Below, in pieces: positions 56,532 to 64,000 of a stretch of 64,000 nt of DNA. Position numbers and translations under genes: made by a program. Below the pieces are notes generated by a model. That model was given only the letters and a program-made list of their open reading frames with translations, was not told the DNA's origin and searched no databases. Numbering within the stretch: position 1 is the stretch's first letter; the number at the start of each line of letters is the position of its first letter. The stretch covers positions 1,696,001-1,760,000 of the forward strand of contig OY761556.1 in assembly GCA_963664705.1 (NCBI GenBank), read 5' to 3'. Source of the DNA: Acidobacteriota bacterium. GTDB taxonomy: Bacteria > Acidobacteriota > UBA6911.

Positions 56532-59435
56532 ATGGCGAAAAAAGATCGGGCAGCACCATCGACACCGAACTGGATTCCAAATCGTTGGATGGCTTGGAAA
56601 ATTTGTCTGGCATATGCAGCGCTGGGCGGAATCTGGATTTTTTCATCCGGCTGGTTATTGCACTTCCTGGTGAAGGATCAGGGGCAAATAGCCTTTCTGG
56701 AAAATGTAAAGGGATGGTTTTATGTCGCGGTAACTGCCGCGCTGCTATGGTATGCCCTGGATCGTTATTTCATGCAAATCCGTCGTTCTGCACGAATGCT
56801 GCAGGAGAGTGAACGGCGCTGGTATTTTGCTCTTGAAGGAGCGGGGCATGGCGTGTGGGACTGGAATGTTAAAACCAATGAGGTTTTTTATAGTCCCTTA
56901 TGGAAAGCGATGCTTGGTTTTGAACCCAATGAAATAGGCAATTCATATTCCGATTGGGAAGACCTCGTGCATCCCGAGGATTTGCCGAGAGTTTTGGCTG
57001 AATTGCAGCATTTCCTGACGGGTGGAGCACCCTTATACATAAATGAGCACCGCGTTCGATGCAAAGATGGCAGCTATAAGTGGATCCTGGATCAGGGCAA
57101 GATAATAAGTCGGGATGCGGATGGGAAGCCGTTGCGAATTCTCGGAACCCACTTTGATATGTCGGAGCTGAAGCGGGCGGATCAGTCGCTGCGGGAAAGT
57201 GAATCAAAATGGCGGTCCTATGTGGAGGATGCCCCCGTTGGTGTCGTGGTAGCCGACGCTGAGGGCAGCATTGCTGAAGCAAACAGATCTGCCGAAATGA
57301 TTCTGGGCTATGAGCAGGGAGGGCTTTTGAAAGCCCGGCTTGCGGACCTCCCCGTTTCCGGTATGGCAATGTCGGTCAGCGAATACTTTTCCGAAGTGGT
57401 TCGCAAGGGGCAGGCGGACGGGCAATTCCTTCTGAGGAAAAAGGACCGCAGCCTTGTGTGGACTTCCATGCGTGCATCCAGAATATCCCGTGATCGTTTT
57501 ATGGCGATCTTCCAGGATATCACTGCACACAAAAACGCGCAGGAAGCCCTCGAAAGGAGCGAGGCCGAGTTCCGCGCCATGTTTGAGATCGCATCCATAG
57601 GAATGGCGCAGGCAGATCCGGACACGGGGCGCTGGTTGCGCGTCAACCAGAAAATGTGCGACATGACCGGCTATTCCGACTTTGAATTGCGGCAAAAACG
57701 CATCCTTGATTTAACGCACCCGGAAGACCGGCAGAAAGACTGGGACATGTTCAGCCGTGTCGTTTCCGGCGAATTGCCTGCCTACCGTCTTGAAAAGCGT
57801 TATGTAAGAAAAGACGGTTCGATCGCATGGGTCAGCGTCAATATGACCATCCTCCGCGATGCTTCCGGAAGGGCTTTGCGGAGCATGGCCACCATTGAAG
57901 ACATTACCGAACGGAAGCAGTCGGAGTCCAAGCTCAGGGAAAGTGAGAAGCGCTTCAGAGAAACCTTGGAAAGCATGATGGAGGGGTGCCAGATCATTGG
58001 GTTTGACTGGCGATACCGATACCTCAACCCGGCAGCGGCGCGACAAGGACGAAGTTCGGTGGATGAATTGCTGGGAGCTACCGTTATCGATGCCTACCCG
58101 GGGATCGAGTCGACCGCCATGTTCCGGGCCTGGGAACGATGTCTGCTGGCGCGCGAACCGCAGCAGTTCGAGAGCGAATTCGTTTTTCCGGATGGAGCCA
58201 AGAGCTGGTTTCGGTATGCATGTCAGCCGGTCAGTGACGGAATTTTTATTCTTACTCTGGATATTACAGAGGAAAAGCGTCTCGAAGAGCGGCTGCGGCA
58301 GGCGCAAAAACTGGAGGCCATTGGCCAGCTTGCGGGAGGAGTCGCTCACGATTTCAACAATATCCTGGCTGCCATCATGATGAACCTCGGGCTGCTGCAG
58401 ATGACGCCTAATCTGGATCCCGAAACGGAATACGCGCTCAAGGATCTGGAGACCCACGCATTGCGCGCCTCTGCCTTGACGCGGCAGTTGCTGATGTTCA
58501 GCCGGCGTTCTGTCCTCGCCGTGAAGCCTTTGAACCTGAATGAGGTTATTACAAACCTGCTCAGAATGTTGAGTCGGCTTATCGGGGAACACATTGATCT
58601 GGAGTTCAAGGAAGCGCCAGGGTTGCCGCTGGTGTCTGCGGATACCGGACTCCTGGAGCAGGTAATCATGAATCTGGTTGTTAATGCCAGAGATGCAATG
58701 TCGAAAGGTGGACTCCTCACAATCCAAACCAGGGTGGCCGAATTCAGTGCCGCCGGAAACGATACATTCAGTGAGCGCAGATCAGGCCGGCATGTTTGCC
58801 TAGAGGTCTCCGATACCGGCCATGGGATGAATTCGGAAACGCTCAAACATATCTTTGAACCGTTTTTCACGACAAAAGATGCGGGAAGGGGAACGGGGCT
58901 GGGGCTTGCAACAGTTCACGGTATCGTTGCCCAGCATACAGGCTGGGTTGAGGTGGATAGCAGAGAAGGGTATGGATCCACATTCCGCGTGTTTCTGCCG
59001 ACAACGCAGCTGCCGGCATCGGAAGTGGTCGAAGACCGGAAAGAGGATGTCGTGCATCGCGGCATGGAAACAATCCTTTTGGTTGAGGATGAACCGAGCT
59101 TGCGAAGGCTGGCGTCCAGATCGCTGCGTAATCTGGGATACAATATTTTTGAGGCAGCCAATGGGAACGAGGCTCTGGCATTATGGGAACAGCATAATGC
59201 AGCCATCGATCTGATTTTTACGGATATGGTTATGCCGGAGGGGATGACTGGGCTCGAATTGACCGAGCGGCTGCGGGCGGAAAAGCCCGGAGTGAAGGCT
59301 ATTATTACCAGCGGATATAGCGTCGAAATGGCCACCGCCGGCGTTCCAACCGAAATGGGAATAGTCTATCTTTCCAAGCCGTATCAGCTCAAATCCCTGG
59401 CTGCCATGGTCCGGGATTGCCTGGATCGAAATTAG
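56532..59435 (+). CDS. membrane-anchored multi-PAS hybrid histidine kinase
   Basis: 2 TM (WIFSS..KGWFYV), 4 PAS, GGVAHDFNN, EPFFTTK, receiver. Confidence 0.92.
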   Translation: MAKKDRAAPSTPNWIPNRWMAWKICLAYAALGGIWIFSSGWLLHFLVKDQGQIAFLENVKGWFYVAVTAALLWYALDRYFMQIRRSARMLQESERRWYFALEGAGHGVWDWNVKTNEVFYSPLWKAMLGFEPNEIGNSYSDWEDLVHPEDLPRVLAELQHFLTGGAPLYINEHRVRCKDGSYKWILDQGKIISRDADGKPLRILGTHFDMSELKRADQSLRESESKWRSYVEDAPVGVVVADAEGSIAEANRSAEMILGYEQGGLLKARLADLPVSGMAMSVSEYFSEVVRKGQADGQFLLRKKDRSLVWTSMRASRISRDRFMAIFQDITAHKNAQEALERSEAEFRAMFEIASIGMAQADPDTGRWLRVNQKMCDMTGYSDFELRQKRILDLTHPEDRQKDWDMFSRVVSGELPAYRLEKRYVRKDGSIAWVSVNMTILRDASGRALRSMATIEDITERKQSESKLRESEKRFRETLESMMEGCQIIGFDWRYRYLNPAAARQGRSSVDELLGATVIDAYPGIESTAMFRAWERCLLAREPQQFESEFVFPDGAKSWFRYACQPVSDGIFILTLDITEEKRLEERLRQAQKLEAIGQLAGGVAHDFNNILAAIMMNLGLLQMTPNLDPETEYALKDLETHALRASALTRQLLMFSRRSVLAVKPLNLNEVITNLLRMLSRLIGEHIDLEFKEAPGLPLVSADTGLLEQVIMNLVVNARDAMSKGGLLTIQTRVAEFSAAGNDTFSERRSGRHVCLEVSDTGHGMNSETLKHIFEPFFTTKDAGRGTGLGLATVHGIVAQHTGWVEVDSREGYGSTFRVFLPTTQLPASEVVEDRKEDVVHRGMETILLVEDEPSLRRLASRSLRNLGYNIFEAANGNEALALWEQHNAAIDLIFTDMVMPEGMTGLELTERLRAEKPGVKAIITSGYSVEMATAGVPTEMGIVYLSKPYQLKSLAAMVRDCLDRN

Positions 59436-59497
59436 AAGGTTGTGACACACACTTAAGAAAGGTTGCCTTTATCCAACGGTTGCAGGCAGATTGACCT

Positions 59498-60775
59498 ATG
59501 CGCACCTTTGAAGCTTTTCGATATCGGGACTATCGACTGTTGTGGGTGGGAAATCTGTGCACGACCGTTGCCGTCTGGATTCAAACCACCACCCTAAGCT
59601 GGGTTTCCTATTCTTTAACTGGGATGGGCCGGACGATCGGCATTGTGAATGCAATGCGGATGGTTCCGACATTGTTCATGACGCCCATCGCGGGTGTCAC
59701 CGTGGATCGCTTCAGCCGGAACAAGATCATTGCGGCAAGTCAGCTGTCCATGTTTGCCTTGGCTCTTCTGATTGCCATCGATATTTATCTCGGGACACTC
59801 AAAGTCTGGCACCTGTTCCTCTTTGCATTACTGGGAGGCATCACCAATACCTTCAATTTGCCGGCCCGTCAGACTTTTGTCTTCGATATCGTTCCGCAGA
59901 AGGTGCTTCCGAATGCGATCGCTTTGGACAATATCGCGTTCAGTTCCGCTCGAACCCTGGCTTCAAGCGGGGCTGGAGCTCTGATCGTTGCATTTGGGGC
60001 TGCCAATAACTTTCTCATTCAGGCGTGCATGTACCTGGCCATCATGGCCACAGTTCTGTCCATCAAGACGAAACGCCGGGTTCAAGCCGCTCCCCGCAGG
60101 CAGTTTTTCCGGGAAATGGCGGAAGGGTACGGCTATGCAAGCCGGAATCCTAATGCCAGACTGCTTCTGCTCATGATGATCATCAACCCGATGCTGCTGA
60201 TCCCACTGCACCTGGCTCTTCTGCCGATTTATGCCACGAAGGTTCTTTCCGGTGGGGCTGCTTCGCTGGGATTGCTGCTGGGCTCCCTTGGAGTGGGTGG
60301 GTTCTTTGGAGGGTTGCTGACGGCATCGTTGAGCAAGGTTGACCGGCGTGGACTGGTACAGCTGATCTCATTGCTGATTCACAGCGTGGCTCATGCGGGA
60401 TTCTGCGTGGTTGCATACTGGACGGGCCAGATCTGGATGGCTATCCCATTTCTTATCCTTTCCGGCACCATGGAAAGCCTCCATATGACGACAAACCAGA
60501 CGGTTCTACAGCTGCTGGCCCCCGATCACCTGCGTGGACGACTGACCAGCGTGCTGCAATTGGCTCAACTCATTAACCCGGTGGGAATCCTATCGGCAGG
60601 GCTGCTGGCCGACCATTTCGGCCCGGTAAAGGTGGGAGTGATCTTCAGTGTATCCGCGTTTGTGATGACCGCCGCAATCTTTGTCTTTTCCTCGCGAATG
60701 CGCAATCTGCGACTTAGCGAACTGGGCAAGCTTGGCCAGGAGGGGCTTCCGGCCCCCGCCGCCGAAACGGCTTAA
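59498..60775 (+). CDS. MFS transporter (MFS_3/DHA3-like)
   Basis: RDYRLLW, GVTVDRFSR, PARQ, NAIAL, LRGR motifs. Confidence 0.88.
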   Translation: MRTFEAFRYRDYRLLWVGNLCTTVAVWIQTTTLSWVSYSLTGMGRTIGIVNAMRMVPTLFMTPIAGVTVDRFSRNKIIAASQLSMFALALLIAIDIYLGTLKVWHLFLFALLGGITNTFNLPARQTFVFDIVPQKVLPNAIALDNIAFSSARTLASSGAGALIVAFGAANNFLIQACMYLAIMATVLSIKTKRRVQAAPRRQFFREMAEGYGYASRNPNARLLLLMMIINPMLLIPLHLALLPIYATKVLSGGAASLGLLLGSLGVGGFFGGLLTASLSKVDRRGLVQLISLLIHSVAHAGFCVVAYWTGQIWMAIPFLILSGTMESLHMTTNQTVLQLLAPDHLRGRLTSVLQLAQLINPVGILSAGLLADHFGPVKVGVIFSVSAFVMTAAIFVFSSRMRNLRLSELGKLGQEGLPAPAAETA

Positions 60776-60826
60776 TGCCGCTTTTTGCCATCAGGCGCAA
60801 GCCTTCAGCAATAATCAGGCTACTCT

Positions 60827-61888
60827 TCACGGTTCCGGCGTGGAATACAGGTATACGGCAAAGGTCGCGAGCCAGTGCTCTCCTGCGTAATGCCCACTGG
60901 CAACATTGGCCAGCGCATCCTTGGCATGGCGCATCGCTGAATCAGACAGGCGTTTTCGCATGGGATCTTGTGGGGGTAGACCGGCGGCAATGAATCGCAT
61001 TGTCCAGGCACGGCTGAGATTGAGCCCATCGAGATGCACCAGCTTAGGATCGGCGCGATCTGTGACTGTGGCCGGGAGCGCGAGATTGGGCGGCATCGAG
61101 GGCAGAAAACGATGAAACCAGCCGGCAAATTCCTTCGGTTTCATGACGCGCCGCATGAGGTCTGCCTCTATAAGTGCCGGCGAGAAGAAATCCTCCCCGG
61201 AAGGTTCCCAGGCTGCCGGATAGTTGCGATCCCGGGAAAAATAATCCCTCGCTCGCTGCCTCACCATCAATTCCAGGGAGGAATCCCCGGCACTAATGGC
61301 GTAATCCAGAGCAAAAGATAGCGCGAATGCAGTGTTGGGATGAACGCCCGTGCGGATCGGGTAGGTTTGTTTGGGAAAGAAGGCGATGTACCTGGCCGCA
61401 ATCGCATTCGAGAGCGGTTTTAGATTGGAATACCAGCGGTGCCCGTCCGGATCATCCAACCCGTGAAGTTCTTCGGCAAGCTTGAGCAGCCATGCCCAGC
61501 CATAAGTGCGCTCGAAACTGGCGCGCTCTGTTCCTTCCAGGTAGGACAACTCTGCTTGGATTTTATCTGCCGATAGGTTGTCCGAAAGTACCGAGCGAAT
61601 AGCCGTTGATTCAGGCAAATCAGGAAATACCCTTAACAAATGAATCAGAAGCCAATGACCATGCACGCAGGAGTGCCAATCGTAGCATCCATAGAAGGCG
61701 GGGTGCTGTGATTTGGGCGTGCGCACATCCAACCTATCCGTTATGACATGCTCCGGTTTGTTCGGAAACTCGCGGTTCACGCAATTGAGAACCAGAGTGG
61801 CATAACGCGAGGCATCCGCTTTTGAGAGACTCAACTCCGCGGCATTGGCTGGAATTGAAAGGAGGAGCAGGATCAGGAGTCGTGTCAT
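60827..61888 (-). CDS. DUF2891 domain protein, secreted
   Basis: HPAFYGCYDWHS, FERTYGWAW, HLDGLNLSRAW, YAGEHWLATFA. Confidence 0.88.
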   Translation of the reverse strand: MTRLLILLLLSIPANAAELSLSKADASRYATLVLNCVNREFPNKPEHVITDRLDVRTPKSQHPAFYGCYDWHSCVHGHWLLIHLLRVFPDLPESTAIRSVLSDNLSADKIQAELSYLEGTERASFERTYGWAWLLKLAEELHGLDDPDGHRWYSNLKPLSNAIAARYIAFFPKQTYPIRTGVHPNTAFALSFALDYAISAGDSSLELMVRQRARDYFSRDRNYPAAWEPSGEDFFSPALIEADLMRRVMKPKEFAGWFHRFLPSMPPNLALPATVTDRADPKLVHLDGLNLSRAWTMRFIAAGLPPQDPMRKRLSDSAMRHAKDALANVASGHYAGEHWLATFAVYLYSTPEP

Positions 61889-62007
61889 ACTCCTATATTA
61901 TCACGGTCTCCGGATTTTCACTTTTATCCCGTCATCCGCGGATTATGACAAGCGGGTTTGTCTCGTCGGTAAAAACGTAACAACAAGAGCTATTTATAAT
62001 TTGTTGC

Positions 62008-62541
62008 TTAATCCTTTCCCTGGGGTTTGTACTCCCTGGATTTTCCTCGTGGAATAGTAATGGTCTGCCAGCGTTCCCCGAGACGCTCTTTGGCGATGTG
62101 CATCATCTGGCCGATATGGGATGCACAATGCAGTACGTTTCTCAGGCATGCATCGATAACATCAAGCTGCTGGCCACGGATAGTTATGATATGCGTGAGA
62201 TCTGCGCCGGTTAACGTATCGATTACTGAGAATGTGCGATCCCATGCCTCTTCCCAGAGGGACAGGATTTCTTTTCTGGTTCTTGGCTTTGATTCAAATT
62301 CCGCATCGCGTTCCCGCCAGGGCTTATCGCCATCAGCGGTAAAAAAGTCAGTCCATCGCGACATCAGGTTCCCATGAAGATGCTGAACGATTATCGCAAT
62401 GCTGTTCGCCTCCGGGTTGATTTGCCAGTGCAGATCGCCCTCGTCTATCTGAGCCAGCGTTCGATCGCCAGTCTTTTTGAGTTCCCTGAATCGGTGGCGT
62501 AGTGATTGAAGAAATAGTTCATCGATGCTCATGTCATTCAT
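62008..62541 (-). CDS. DUF1572 / DinB-like protein
   Basis: NSIAIIVQHLHGN, SRWTDF..DGDK..R.RD.EF, HIGQ, W..TIPRG; start 62541 after AGGAG. Confidence 0.85.
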   Translation of the reverse strand: MNDMSIDELFLQSLRHRFRELKKTGDRTLAQIDEGDLHWQINPEANSIAIIVQHLHGNLMSRWTDFFTADGDKPWRERDAEFESKPRTRKEILSLWEEAWDRTFSVIDTLTGADLTHIITIRGQQLDVIDACLRNVLHCASHIGQMMHIAKERLGERWQTITIPRGKSREYKPQGKD

Positions 62542-62585
62542 TGTTTGGCTCCTGCTGCTGAAACAAAAGGATATGTCCTGCTTCC

Positions 62586-63158
62586 TCACGGCTGTGGCGG
62601 CGGAATTGGCGCCGGTATTGGATTATCTACGGGCGGGAGGGATTTCAGGTAAGCGAAAATGGCCTTGAGATCCGAGTCCGTCATATTTCCAATCTCCTGC
62701 CAGGGCATTGGGGGAAGCATGTCGCGGGAGGTGCCCATGAATTTCCCCGATCGCAGCGTTTGGATAAACAGGCTTTCACCCCAATTCCCGGTGCCTGATG
62801 CCGGATGTGGAGTCAAATTGTAGGGAAAGCTGACACCCCAGGGACCTGCCCACGCGGTAAAATCGGAAGAGACAATGGCGCCCCATTGGCCCGGACTGAT
62901 AACCCCGCCCGGCACATCCGGAAGCTTTGCATCCGATGGAGATCCAGAAAGCAAGCGCTTGGAATCCAGAACAAAGCCTTTGGGTCCAAGCGTCTTTGGA
63001 GTGTGACATTCGTTGCAGTGTCCGGCCATCACGAGATAATTGCCTCGTTCCACTGGAGTGGCTTCCGTTTTTGTGGTGGAACAGCCTTCAATAACCAGAG
63101 TGGCGCTGAACAGGGAAATCAGAGAAGCGATGAGTGGCAATGATTTTTGTCGTTTCAT
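62586..63158 (-). CDS. c-type cytochrome lipoprotein (c-553-like)
   Basis: lipobox-like IEGC, CNECH, GPWG..NLTP, PPMPW. Confidence 0.85.
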   Translation of the reverse strand: MKRQKSLPLIASLISLFSATLVIEGCSTTKTEATPVERGNYLVMAGHCNECHTPKTLGPKGFVLDSKRLLSGSPSDAKLPDVPGGVISPGQWGAIVSSDFTAWAGPWGVSFPYNLTPHPASGTGNWGESLFIQTLRSGKFMGTSRDMLPPMPWQEIGNMTDSDLKAIFAYLKSLPPVDNPIPAPIPPPQP

Positions 63159-63318
63159 GGAGCGCTCCTTTTTCTGCGTGGTGACCCGGAAGGAGGAGGA
63201 TGTACGGACTTCGATTCCTTGCCGGAGAGAAAGGGTAGCGGGGGGAGGGGAATATCCCCGTTGTCACGATTATATAACCCGCATTGGCAATTAGGGAGGG
63301 GGATACGGAAAGTTTAAG

Positions 63319-64000
63319 CTAAATATTCACCGGCAATACCCGCCGATCCTTAAGACGGACGTATCCATCATGGTTAATCCGGAAATGCGGAATTGCCGCG
63401 GTTCCAAGCGTATCCACGGTAAGGATCGGCGTTTCCCAGGGGACGCCTCTTGCAAGCAGCGCGTTATCAAGGCTCCTGGTTTGTTCCTGAATCTTCCGCA
63501 TGGAATCGAGGGATGCGATCCCGCATATCGGGGCAGGGAATTCGGCAATAATATGTGGCCCCACTGCCAGGACCCCACCTCCCCCGATGGCGCGCAGGCG
63601 TTCCACCACCGTTTCTATGGATCGGATATCACATCCCACAACAATCAGATCGCGTGTATCCCAACACATGGTTGTTCCATAGGCGCCTTCTTTCAATCCA
63701 AATCCCTTGAGAAATCCAATGAATCCTTTTTTCCCCTCGGTCCTATCCAGGGCGCAAACCAGGTTCAGGGCGATTTTCTCTTCAGGGTTGTCCAGGTCGG
63801 CGATTCCTTCTTTGGTTACAAGCCTGGTTGTGAGTTCGATAACCCTGACTTTTCCCGAATGAGGATATTCGGGAAGACGCATCCCGGAAACGTTGACCGA
63901 TTGAAGCATGCAATCCGGATAGGTAACGCGTTCGGGCTGTTTAAGGGTACGCCCATCTTCGTAGAGAATTTTTCCATCGCACATTACAAGTCGGGGCGAA
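63319..64000 (-). CDS. adenine deaminase family protein, C-terminal part (truncated by window edge)
   Basis: GFLKGFGLKEGAYGTT..WD..VVG, GGG..FPAPICG, IPHFRI..G. Confidence 0.75.
   Translation of the reverse strand, partial: SPRLVMCDGKILYEDGRTLKQPERVTYPDCMLQSVNVSGMRLPEYPHSGKVRVIELTTRLVTKEGIADLDNPEEKIALNLVCALDRTEGKKGFIGFLKGFGLKEGAYGTTMCWDTRDLIVVGCDIRSIETVVERLRAIGGGGVLAVGPHIIAEFPAPICGIASLDSMRKIQEQTRSLDNALLARGVPWETPILTVDTLGTAAIPHFRINHDGYVRLKDRRVLPVNI

Noticed and set aside
1-64000. CRISPR array, tRNA/rRNA, prophage, transposase or defence genes
   Set aside because: No regularly spaced direct repeats, tRNA-like arms or matching protein motifs seen on manual reading; motAB is flagellar type with no Zorya partner genes

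Overview
Bacterial chromosomal window of moderate GC from a probably anaerobic or facultative organism; the gene style suggests Acidobacteriota, but that is inference only. It holds about 48 protein genes and no rRNA, tRNA, CRISPR array or intact transposase that I can see. Main features: (1) a hidden selenoprotein, where two apparent ORFs (30784-32028 and 32092-32505, - strand) join through an in-frame UGA in a GD-U-GSC motif, followed by a SECIS-like hairpin and preceded by a signal peptide; (2) a 13 kb hydrogen-metabolism locus in which an O2-tolerant-type [NiFe] uptake hydrogenase operon (hyaABCD-like) converges on a Rex-headed cluster encoding a bifurcating-type [FeFe] HydABC, a sensory [FeFe]-hydrogenase-histidine kinase fusion and response regulators, with Rex-type palindromes upstream; (3) many signalling proteins (PAS hybrid kinases, FIST kinase, HDOD-GGDEF, a Cache-HAMP protein with no output domain, and a degenerate PAS-GGDEF gene adjacent to an orphan motAB); (4) glycoside hydrolases (GH8, multidomain GH44) and a GT2-radical SAM fusion; (5) two families of short intergenic palindromic repeats. 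All product calls are from motif recognition, not database searches.
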